Shown here: positions 52,300 through 64,000 of the stretch, piece after piece
How positions within the stretch are numbered: the first letter of the stretch is position 1
Layout of the letters: every line of letters starts with the position of its first letter
NCBI GenBank assembly: GCA_023213395.1
Contig: CM041465.1
Coordinates: forward strand, 179,993,741-180,057,740
Reading direction: 5' to 3'
DNA from: Cycas panzhihuaensis
Taxonomy: Eukaryota > Plantae > Cycadophyta
DNA: 64,000 nt
The notes under the pieces: model-generated
What the model saw: the letters and a program-made list of their open reading frames with translations, nothing else
The model's database searches: none
Told to the model about the DNA's origin: nothing
Position numbers and translations under genes: made by a program

Positions 52300-54042
52300 T
52301 AGTTAAAAATCTAATGGTATAGAAGAATATACATCATCCATCTCTCACCGTCATGGATAATCATCTCTTGGCTATCCTCTCTTCCTCTTTGGAGTCCATT
52401 TTCCTTTATGGCTTCTCCTCAATCACCGGGTACCCTTGCCTCACTCCCTCATCCTATGGATGACTCACATGTCTCGATCATCGCTATAGATTCACTATGT
52501 GGGTGCTCGATGATCTCATAACCATCTACTTCACCACCATTATACCTTTGCTACAAAGCGATCCCTCTCCCCATGGATCTCCTAGAGTCACCCTTAGATA
52601 AGGTAATCTATACCTCTACACCTAGGGCTATCTATATGGGAGCTTGCCTTATTATTATTCCCCATCTTCCATCTTGAGCCTCTAACTACCTCACCTGGGT
52701 CTATAGCTCATCCCGACCCACCGTGGCCCTATCCCACTCTAACCGTAGCTCCTAGATCTTTATAGCCCATATCTCTCTCACCTTGAGTAGAGGAGTGAAT
52801 GTTGTTGTATGTGAATGCATCAACTCAAGCTCCCCATGATCCTTTATAAGTGGTTGGCCCTCTCAGATACACCATCGTGAATAACTCACCTACAACTCTC
52901 CTAATGAGCTCCTCCATGATGCCCTCCCTATCAATCGAGTAAAGTCCATATATCAATAAGAAATCAACTATATAATCAAATAAAGAAGTAGTATTGAAAT
53001 GGGCTAAAGTAAAAGATAAGGAAAGAGTAATACCTCTTAGGGTGGCCTTCTCCTGTGATGGTGCAGCCTCCTCTCCTACCTCCTCTCCAAAGATATTCCC
53101 CTCTCTGGTAGCCTTGCCCTCCTCCTTACCTACTCCAGTAGTCTCATCACCCTCTTCAGCCTCCTTACCAACCTCTGTTGTTAGCCTTACTACAACTCTG
53201 GTGCCCTCCTTATTGTTGTTCTAGTGAGTGCCCCAATATGGATGCCCCATATAGTCGTTAAGGGTCAACAGGTCCAAGGAGGTAGCATCCATTGATTACC
53301 TCACTTACTTTGGTTCTGCGATGCTCCTAAAGTGTGAGGGCCATTTATGGATGAGCGACCCATTAGGTGCCATCGGTTGTGGCCCTACGATACATCCCAC
53401 TCCACAGAAGTAGTCAAAGAACCAGCACTATAGTACTGAGTAGTATGAAAATCTACCACACCCCACTACCCAAATTTAATCAAATAAAGCCCTCATGTTA
53501 GTTACTCTAAGGGTGGCCTTGTCTAACTTCTCCCCCTCCTCGCAATGGTGGATGGACCCCATCTAGCCTCTTGGCACCTTATAATAATCCTATATTTGGG
53601 ATATCTGGAATAAAATAACAAGTATAATCATCCTACTCACTTAAGGGATATATGATGTTGAGATCCACCTGATAGATCCTACCCGGTGGTCCCTCGTCCT
53701 CTAGTGTAGAAGAAGTGTGTGACAGCCTCATGCACCTCCTTCGTACTGGGTAAAACCCTTAGCTCTAGTGCTGCTCCATGTGCAAGTACTTCCAAGATCC
53801 TCCTAATGTCACTAGGCGTAATGGAAAGATCCCTGATCGTGAGCAAGTGGAAGACATGCCTTTGTTTATCCTAATGTGTAACTATATCTATTAGTAATCT
53901 TTAGTTCAATATATATTATCATGATATCACAATCTGCAGTAGCTTATATCACCTCCGTATCTTCCAATCTTGCAAAGTCATCATCTCTGCTAACCTAAGC
54001 ATGGGCACTCCTATGTTCTCATGGTTATCTATCATGATCATG
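52300..54042 (-). pseudogene. Antisense plant mobile domain (PMD) gene with acidic tail, within the Tat-like element
   Basis: Minus strand RLLIDIVTH*DKQRHVFHLLTIRDLSITPSDIRRILEV (~53790-53905) fits the PMD motif LVERWxxETHTFHLPxGEMTITLEDVxxILGL; GCGRFSYYSVL*CWFFDYF (~53405-53465) fits GC..LLQxWxxE; left boundary approximate. Confidence 0.75.
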
Positions 54043-55889
54043 GCCTATAATTGTTAACCATTCAAAGAATTAGTAACCAACATATAAGCATGAAATATAT
54101 TTAAAGAAAAACTAGCAAATTACTTATTTTTATATGAAATAAGCCTAAGTTTTGGTCCCTTATTTTTATACCACATAAAAATCTATCTGTATTATGAATA
54201 TATTTGTAGTAGTGTAGATTATCATATGGTACACTACAACATTATTTGCAATATCATGATGATACTTATGGTACCACAAATAAAACTGTAGTACCCCATA
54301 ACCCTATGTAAAACTACCTATAAAAATTATAAAAATCCCATTTGGGGACTAGAAGCTTGGTCTATCAAGACCAGGGCACCCTAATACCTTGGTCTAGCCT
54401 CAGATGGGATCCTAAAAGGGTCTTGTTTTGGGGTCCTATTTGGTCCCTATTCTCTAAAGTGGGCACTTCCTACTTATCTAGTCCTATGCTTGCAGAAATA
54501 GGAAATTAGAGTAGTGTAGGGTAATATCCTATTACCAAGTTAGCATGCACTAGGGTAATTGTGAGGATAAGATCTCAAAGGCTCCATCCATATAATTATC
54601 CAATAATCTGATCTTCCCCAGTAAGGATATAAACTTGGTAGAAAATGTATGGAAGGAGAGGCAATCTTAAGTCTCTATAGGCAATGGTGAGAATGAATAT
54701 GACTTCCCACCTATTTTTATAGTCTCCTCCTTAGCATGCTCCTTCAAGGCTTCTACACCTTGCCTCTTTTGATCACACCATTGGGTTGGCACTCTTAGCA
54801 CTATCTCAATCTCCTAAAGGGCCCTACTCCTTCTTAGCCTTTAGGCCTCCACTTTTGGCTTCTATTATGCGATGTCTTGTGCTCCTTTTTCTCTCTCTAG
54901 GTGAGTCCTTATTCAGATCCCTATAGGTGTTTATACTTGTTGGGATCATTTCAATCTCCTATTTTTAAATTTTATGCTTTCACCAACTATATTTCCATTT
55001 GTTTTCCTTTAGCCTTCTCCTCTACCTCCCAACCTTGGTCACCGATGAGGTTAAACTATGGTGATTACACCTATTTCCATTTATTGATATGTCTTTTTCT
55101 TCTTGTGTATTCCTCAAGGAACCTCCTTGCCTACTGGAAGAGCCTTGGGGCTTTTGAGCCCCCCTACTTGGGCCTGCTTTCCCCCTTTTGTGGCTTGCCA
55201 CCAAGGCAACCCCTTGGTTACTTTCCCCCTTTTCTAACTCACCACCAAGGCAATCCCTGAGTTATTTGCTCCCTTGTTTATACTTGCTTTAGGTGTATGA
55301 TCGTTGGTCGAGGTTTTGATGACATCATTGACCTAATTTTCCCCCTTTAACTTGTACACCTCCAACCATCTACTAATGAGGCGTCATTATGGCGTACATC
55401 ATCCTCATCATACACGCACATTTTGTTATTTGGATTTTTTCCTCACATCATTTATATTGACAACATTCACCATCTTTCGGCTTTAGAGCAAAGAGGCTTT
55501 ATCGCCATAAGGCGGTGCTTCCTTCTAGGAATGACATAGGTAAGTATAGGTACGCATTGCCATCTTTACTTTCCTATCATATTTATTATTCTATTATATG
55601 TGATGCATTGATTAGTTGCTAGATGTATGCTTACTTGACATGCTTGGCTAGCATGTGCCTTCTTCGTGCTAATGATGATTAGGACTCGGTCTAATGGCCT
55701 TAGGGACCCCACGTCACCCCATTAGTTGGAGAGGATACCTCTGCATTCCTTCAACTCCTTTTTAGACCCATTCTTATTCATTTGGCCCCATCACTATTGG
55801 TCAGTCCTCATTCTAGGCCATAGGATTAACTTTTAGGAGTTAGAGCAGCCTTAGGATAGAGTTTGGGTACCCTTTATATAATCTACTAC

Positions 55890-58401
55890 TTGCTTTCTGT
55901 ATCACACCCTTATGGTGTTTCCCCTCCCCTTGGGGGTCCATATGGATAAAACCTTATTTCCCATCCTTCATTCTGTTAACCTTGCTATATGCCTTACATA
56001 GTTGCTTCTTCGTATGTCTACCCATTTTCTCTTATGGGGGCATGTACTCAATCCTCACATTGTTATGTGGCCCAATACCAAGGTATAGCAAGATCCTCTT
56101 GCCTACCTCCTTATTCAATGATTCCCTATTTAGGGGCCATATATCCTTGTCCATTAGAAAGGATAGCCTACCCTCTTATCTCTTGTGCCCCTTATCAATA
56201 AGGGCATGATCCTTATAATGCTACTCCGTACTTGCCACATATTGGAGGTAAGCATCCCTATACTATATCCCCTTATTTCTAAGTTGACTTGTTCGTCCAA
56301 TTGGGGACTCATCCCTTTGTTGATTATCGATTGACCCTATTATCCATTGAGGCGCTAAGGACCAACTTACCGCCTCATCCTCCTGAGGTGCCCAAGTTTG
56401 GCAGTACCTCTTTCCATGACCCAATTGAGCATGTTAGAGCATTTACCATGGCATGCATAGGCTATTGGGATTATGACCATATTCTATTGAAACTTTTTCC
56501 TAGATCCCTCTAGGAAGATGCCCTTAAATGGTTCTATCGTCTCCCTACTTATTCCATCTCAACCTTTAAACAATCAGTTGATAAATTCATCAATTATTTC
56601 TATGTTGCTTAACCTTTTAAGAGTGTGATTATAGTCCTACTCTCTCTTAAATAGGCCCTATGGAACTAAACCATGATTTTATGTAGTGATTCCATGATCT
56701 CCTTCATTCTTCTAAGGCCATGTTGCTTAAAGAATTGAAGTGGGTTCTCTTTGTTAATGCATTGTGCCTTAAAGTGCACGTTAAGGTCCTTAAAATGGGA
56801 GTGACCTCTTGTGATTCTACCATAGCTAGATGCTTGGCATTGGAAGCTATTGAGATCCAAGATGGTCTCAAGAAGCTTCTAAAGCAATCACAACATCATG
56901 AGGTACTTCCTCCCTCACGTGACCAAAATGGGTAATAACCCACTTCTAAGTCTCTTGTTGACACCATCAACAAGACCCTAGATCCTCTTACATCTACCAT
57001 TCACTTCATTGAGTGAATGGTTAAGATCTTAAGTTGCACCTAATTGAAGCTTTTCTTGAGTCACAATTCCTTATCCATCAAGCCTCCAAGACTTCCTCAT
57101 CTACGCTTGCTAACACTACTTTTCAAAAGAAGGGGAAATAATCCCTCCCTGAAAAGAAGTTGTGTTCCATTCATGGGGCATGTTTCCATGATGACTTGTG
57201 GTGTTAAAAGCAACACCCCAAACTTGCCCCATTCCATAATCCTCCTTCACAAGGCACTTCCAAGTCAAACTTAGAGCAACCTATTCATCATGACCTGTTC
57301 CCTAACCATGAATAATAAGATCGCTCTCCTTAAAACAGAAAGCAAAGAATAGGAGGTGAACTCCCCCTCCTTCCTTGAATTGGGCTAAGGGAAAGGCCTC
57401 TGCTAATACCTTTCTTTCCTCTAGCCCTATAGCTCAACACCTCTCCTTTTCTCATTATAATAATAAGGAGAGGAAGGTCATCTAGTTTCTTGAGATCATC
57501 CTTGTATGATTGGTCATGTAGTCTCAAGTTACCAAGGAGGTTAGTGAAGCCTCCTCTTCTTAATAATAGTTTACTACGGATGCTCCTCTAATGGATATTC
57601 CTATAGTCTTAAAGAATATTCCCATGTATCCTAGGCATGATGATTTCAGGAAGGCTATTCCCCAGCCCATGAGAAAGGGAAAGACCTTCTCTATTATTAA
57701 AGAGTTGCACTTGATTTTCTTGGGAATGTCCATGATGGATATCTTTTAAAGTTGCGCCAAGTAGAACACTCTTCTTCTTAAATCTCTTGGTCAATGAGAT
57801 ACCCCCATTCACACTATATACACTACCTCCCGTGGACCTCTTATCATCTCATTTGACCCTTGAGACCTCCCATTCCCTAGTGAATAAAAATGCTTTTGGT
57901 ACTACTCGTTCACTATCACCATTAACACTCTTAAGTTTACCTTGAAGATGACTATCGTAAATAGCGGTTCATCGGTCAATGCTTTACCTATGCAAATGAT
58001 AAAGAAGTTAGGTGTAAGGTCCCTTGACCCTATTCCATAGAAATGCCAGGGGTATGACAAGAGTGAGAAGTCCTCCTTAAGGATGATGACCCTTTTGCTC
58101 ATCTTAGAGGGGAAGGCCATTTAAATGGACATTATTATTCTCGATATCGACGTCAATTACAACCTCCTATTAGGTCAACCATGGCTTGATCAAATGGGAG
58201 TTATCTATTCCTCATAATAAGAGCAACTAAAATTTGTACATGAGGGACAAATCAAAGTCGTCATCCATGAGCTTTCTCCTTCTCATTTATCTCCTCCCAT
58301 TTATTAAATTATCTTTGATGCCAAAGATAATAATATTCATGAGCCTCTTCCCTCTCTAGAGAGCCTTTTTCAAGGGTCTAATCCTTACTAGGATGAGCCC
58401 C
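55890..58401 (+). mobile_element. Second, 5'-truncated copy of the Tat-like gag-protease region
   Basis: Colinear with ~48340-50825 (HDPIEHVRAF...LLKLFPRSL, IVNSGSSVNAL); ends at the LTR of Copia E. Confidence 0.9.
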
Positions 58402-61400
58402 TAAAGGAAGGATGGATCTAGGAATAAATCACTCACATGCACACAATGGAAATGGAGAAAGAAAAGAGATGAAACAAGATATGAGAGCAAGCTTGAAGGT
58501 GAGAATGAATAATTATTCCCTTGAGATTTCACCTTTTATTATTGAGGATGAGCATTAAGTTTAGGATTTTCCCACCTAATGACATGAACTCGAAATTACA
58601 TCTAAACACAAATAAAGTGTATTTCATTAAGAGACTAATGCTAACAATATATCCTAAGGTCATATAATTTATCTACACAAATGGCCTTGATACACTAACC
58701 TCTTTCAATCCCCCTTAATGATGGAAGGTTATTTTTAAAAATCTATTCTATGAGGTCTTCATTTGAGCCTCATTATTACATTGAAATTCTAAATGACACT
58801 TTTATCAAAAACCCTCATGGGGAATAAAAATCCATGAACTTTCTAAGATCTATAGCCCTTTTATAAATCAAAATAGATAAGGTGGCTCTTTGATATAACT
58901 TGATAACTAAGTAGCTTAAATGTGCAAATTTTAATCTGCTAGGTCTCCATATATCGCTTGGTCATCCCCTATGCCCTTTTGGGTTTTCATAGGTTCTGTT
59001 TTTCTAATTCTAGTACTACCCTTCTCCGTCCATGCCCACATGGGGTTTTCACAAAGAGATTAGAGCGAGACTTACTCTTATTCTTCCACACCCACAAGGG
59101 GTTTTAACGAAGAGAATAGAGTATGATGATCCCGCCGCCATCTTTATTGATCAATCGAAGATGGAGGCCCTAAGGTCGAGTTACCTTGAAATGTTCAAAC
59201 TTCACTTTTATAGCGCTTTGGTGAAGATATCAAGCACTTGATCCGGTATGGGGCGAGATTCTAGTTGAATTATGTCGTCATGAATAAGTTCTCTAATCTC
59301 GTGGACCTTTGTACTTATATATTTGGTATGATCATGAAATATGTGATTTTTTCCATGTAGATTGCTAATTTATTATCCACATGAAGACCTAGAGAACTTG
59401 TTTGGGTAATATTCAATGTTTCCAATAATTTTCTAAGCCATATCACCTCCTTGCTGGTCTTAGAAGCGAATGTATTCAACTTTGGTAGTTAACTATGCAA
59501 CTATCTTCTACCGTCTGGATCTCCATGATATTGGTGTTATTCCAAGAAACATTACATACCCTCGATGTAGATCTTCTGTATCTTTATCTCATGCAAAGTC
59601 TGAGTCTATGTATGCAGAAAGCTTGAAGTCTGAATTAGGTTCATACAACAGACCATATTTGCTGGTTGTCTTAAGGTATCTCAACACTTGCACTGCTGTC
59701 TGCCAATTATTCTGCTTAGGATTTGTCATGTAACAAGCAAGAATATCGATAGAGTGTATAATACCTGGCCTTGTATTGGTAGTGTAGATGCGACTACCTA
59801 TAAGTTTCCTATAGAGTATTGTGTCTACCTCCCTAGTGTCACCTTCAGCTGAGAGTTTGGTATTAGGGTCCATAGGTAACATCACTGGTCGAGCATCTTC
59901 TAACTAAAACTTAGTTAGAAGATCATTGATGTATTTTTCTTGGGAGAGGAAAAATTTTCCATTCTTTTGTGTTATTTCAATTCCTAAGTAATATTTCATC
60001 AAACCAAGGTCAGACAATTCGAACGTTTTGCCAAGGTCCTTTTTCAGCTGGCTTATTGCCTGTTCACTATTACCCATTACTAGCATATCATCCACAAAGA
60101 TTATGAGATAAGTGACTTTATCCTTATGTTACTTGATGAACAATGTTGTATCAACATCTTGGTAGTCACAACCTTTATATCCAAGTTGCCTCACTCGTTT
60201 AGATAACTTGGTAAACTAAGAACAAAGGGCTTGTTTAAGGCCGTACAAGGACTTTCTCGAGCCTCGCAAACCTTATGCTCTTGACCTTCGATCTCATATC
60301 CTTCTGGCTGAGCCATGTAAATTTCTTCTTCAAGATCTCCATTGAGAAACGTAGTCTTAATATCGAGTTGGTGGATTTCCAACCCTATTGAGCAGCTAAG
60401 GCCATAAGAGTTCTAATTATAGGTCACTTGGTTGTAGGTGCAAAGACTTCAATGTAGTCAATGCCTTCATTTTGTGTAAATCCTTTAGCTACCAACCTCG
60501 CCTTGTATTTTTCAAGGGTGCTATCTCGATCTATATTTATTTTAAACACCTATTTATTTTGAACTACCTTTCTCGCCAAGTGGTAGATCAACGAGCTCTC
60601 ATATATCATTCTTGATAAGAGATTGGTACTCTTCGCTCATGGCATTTCTCTAAACCGTATGTTTTACATCTTCTTAGTACATTAGGGGCTCTTCATTAAG
60701 AGTAAAGTATAGTTTTTATAGTTCAAGTTCAAGATATAATGATTCCTACATCCTTACTCTATGGGTACTTTAAATACCAATTTTGCCATCTCATCTAGTC
60801 ATATATCCTTGTTGAGTTGGCAGGCTTCTCGAGATCCTCAAGTTAGGAATAAGGTCCTCATCTCTTCAACTTCTTGGTTCTCATCTTGTTTATTGAAATG
60901 ATTATTTTTTGAGGAGGATATTGATGCAATTGAGGAAGATGGTCCTTCTACCACTATTTTGCCTTTGTTAATTGAAGGTGGAGAGGATGATTCTTCTATA
61001 ATGGCTTTGCCTTTGTTAACTCTGTTATCTTCAAAAGATGGTACTAGATGTGCGCTCATTGGTTTAGAGTTATAACTTGTATCCTCCAAGGCTCTATTAT
61101 CACCTTACAATATTTGGAGTAATTTATGTCTGTCCTCCCCCCAAATTTTAGAATCTGAACATCATACTTGATAACATGATTATAGCGGCGTAAGGGTACT
61201 TTGGAGTCCGCTTTAAGTAATTGATTCTCTATCTCTATAAAAATAACATCTCCGATAACGATAATTTTTCATTGTGAAGGTATAAAGACCTTATACCCTT
61301 TCTTATCCATCCGTATCCAACAAAGATGCCTTTAAGTGCCCTTAGATGGAGTTTATTCCAATCTGCATCCGTAATGTGGGTATAGTATGTAGAGCCAAAA

Positions 61401-64000
61401 ATTTTGAAGTAGTGAATAATGGGGGTTTGTCTTGACCACTTTTCATCGGTGATTATACTTTCTTTGATGGGCTAACAACATTGAGATAATAAATAGTCAT
61501 CCAAATTACTTTACCCGATTGGTAGGCGGTACATATTTGTATATCAACATAGCACGGCCATGTTCATGATTGTCCTATTCATGTGCTCGGAACTCTATTT
61601 GGTTGTGGGGCACCGCTACTGTTATTTGATGCTTGATGTCATTATCTCGAAGGTAGCTTTCAAACTCATATGAGGTATATTTACCACCATTATCGGTTTG
61701 AAGACATTTGAGTTGATAACTTGACTCCTTTTCTGAGGGCTTTGAATTCTTTGAATACACGAAGGCTTCATCTTTCTTGTGTAGAAAAGCTACCCATACT
61801 TTTCTAGTGAAATCATCAATGAAAGAGATATAATATAATTTTGCCCTTAAGTGAAGGAATGGGCATTAGCCGCACAAATTAGAGTGTACCAATTGTAAAG
61901 GATGACTTGATTTTTACCGACTTTTGGGAAAGGGTTATCGATGAGATTTGGCAATGATACAAGTTTCATATTTAAAGGGCTTAGAGGAGAACTTTGGAAG
62001 ATTTGGAAGTGTTAGAAAGATCTCTAAGTCTATCAATGTAAACATGGCCCATGCGAGCATGCCAAAGAGCTTCGGTGACAACGTTGGATGGGTCAAGATG
62101 GAATAAATGTAAATTCTTCATCGGCACAAGGGCTTTGGGCATAATGGGCTTCAGAAGATGGAGAGCCATTCAGTCGAAAGAGTTTACTAGAGAGATGTCC
62201 AGTCAAAACCACCTGATTAGTTGGAGGGTGAATGACCTGGAGAGTCTAGTAATTCTGATTACACTCGGCCCAATCCATGAGAGATAAATGTGGCTAAGGA
62301 GAGTAGGTTTTGTTTAAGATTTGGTATATATAAGACATCAAGCAATGTAAAATCTTCTAAGCCCAGGAGCTTCAGTGAATGTTACCAATTCTTTCAATAG
62401 GTTGTTGTGATTTATCACCATGTGAACAACTCCTTGAACATTTGAGTCAAATGTCCGATATAGACCGTGATTACACGTCATATGTTGAGTTGCTCCTATG
62501 TCCATGATCCATTGTCCTTTAATTGAAGCCACACTATTGACAATTCCAATAGGGCTTGACATTGGTGAAGGGAATTCACAAGTGATATATCCACACCAAG
62601 CTTTAAAGTATCTCTTTGGTTAGTCAATGGTATTTGATGTTGAAGATCCTCAATTCTTTTAATGTATGCTTGTATAAAATCTACACCACTAAAGGATTCT
62701 TCACAAGTTACTTCAACATTGTGAGCTCCATATTTTGGTTGGAACTTGGATAACTTATAAGTGGTAATTCAGTAGCCTTTTGCTAAGTGTCCTTTATAGT
62801 TACACTAATCATACATAATAGTTTAATTACTAGTCCCTGAAGAAGTATTGCTTTGGCTTGACTGTCTTGCTCTTTGTTGAGGTGGCCCTTGGCCTTGAGA
62901 CTGTCAAGGCCGTGACTGAGGGTTTGGTTAACCTTGTGGATAATTTCCCATGTTTCTTCCTCTTCCTCTCGCTTAGTTATTTCCTCTATCATGAGAGGGA
63001 CCTTGATTTCTTGTATAGCAAACTTTTTATCTACCTCAAAGGCTACATCCGAAGAGAGTCAAGGCTACAAAGTTCAGATCAAAGGTCTTATCAAATTCAA
63101 TGAACTTATCAACAAGTGCTTCAAAGTTAAGCATCTTCAATGTTCCACTAGATTGAAGACTTCTAAGCAAGTTTTTATAATCAGGAACATCTAGACATGA
63201 TGGATCAAGAATGCCCAAGTAATACATTGGGTCTTAAAATCTTTATCAATTACTGCTTGATTGGTCAAGGAGATTTATTGTCTCATGAGCTTATCCTTCG
63301 CATTTTTAATTTATTCATTTTCGAATAAGATGAACAAATTCTAAATCTAACTTAGTATCAAAGTTCTTCTTGAGAACTTCAAGGACCTTCTAGGTTGTAT
63401 AATATTACTCTTCATTAATCAAGTTGTGCAAGTAGTGATCAGTAACCAACATAATTCCTACACGAATCTTTTCATCATCTATCTCCCATTGTAGTTTAGT
63501 TGCAGTATCTATAGGAGTTGTTGGGGCGGATCTAAATGAAGCGAATGTTGTAGTCATTCTTGGTATGCTATGTGTAGGTCGCAAATGGGCTCTCTAAAGG
63601 CTTTCATACTTTGCAACATTTTTAACTCCAATATAGCATAGATCCCAATTTTCTTTGCCTTTCAATATGCAGTTAACATTCTACTTGAATTGAGATGACA
63701 TGGTGATGATGAAGAAGTAGAAGAGATGATAGAAGTATGTGCTACTGACATGTGTGGCTAATACACCTAGTAAGCGGGGATATAGAAATGAATGCTATGA
63801 TGAGAAGTAAGCAATGATTAAGTATTTTTCAGCCTATGAGTATAAGTAATGATGTAAGAATGAGGTCGAATGTAGAATTGGCAAAGAGTGGTGGTGTATC
63901 ATACCACTAACCTCTCACTTACGTCCAAATGTAGGTGAGGTTTTGATGCCTAAGGCTTCTAGTATATGATTAGGGCCTTCACCCACAATACCCACACCTA
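58402..64000 (-). mobile_element. Copia E: Ty1/copia element running off the window end
   Basis: Probable 3' LTR 58402-58707 with PPT complement atccccctt; minus-strand AYIDSDFA (RH), MDDMLV and HQLDIKTTFLNGDLEEEIYMAQPEG (RT), LQTDNGGKY (INT), WIMDIGATQHMT (PR), gag to ~63700; only one LTR is visible so its limits are inferred. Confidence 0.9.

Overview
Eukaryotic, AT-rich plant DNA, strongly CpG/CHG-depleted, probably from a large-genome gymnosperm (inferred from the retrotransposon lineages). There is no intact host gene; the window is almost entirely nested, decayed LTR retrotransposons. A deleted Gypsy-like element (878-26872, minus) hosts Copia A (2916-8314) and, inside its right LTR, Copia B (8744-26550). 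Copia B in turn hosts a CRM-clade chromovirus (9390-16403) and a Tnt1-like Copia C (17773-22858). Further right lie a hAT-like MITE, a gag-only non-autonomous Copia (30869-33904), a 1.2 kb CpG-rich island (~36.85-38.07 kb), a Tourist-like MITE, and tandem/duplicated Tat-like Gypsy segments (gag-protease-aRH plus an antisense plant-mobile-domain gene) interrupted by Copia D (40557-44188) and Copia E (58402 to window end). Highlights: (1) Copia B carries an antisense fragment of the host rRNA methyltransferase SPB1/FTSJ3 plus ~1 kb of unidentified cargo where gag should be, and a second copy of the cargo-LTR junction lies at the window start. (2) Four unrelated Copia families each place the PPT/3'LTR junction in the loop of a 13-18 bp inverted repeat of different sequence. 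(3) A GTAC-rich, CpG-retaining island may be a distal regulatory element. (4) The Tat-like element lacks RT/INT but has an antisense, apparently intron-containing PMD gene. All alignments and counts were done by eye and are approximate.
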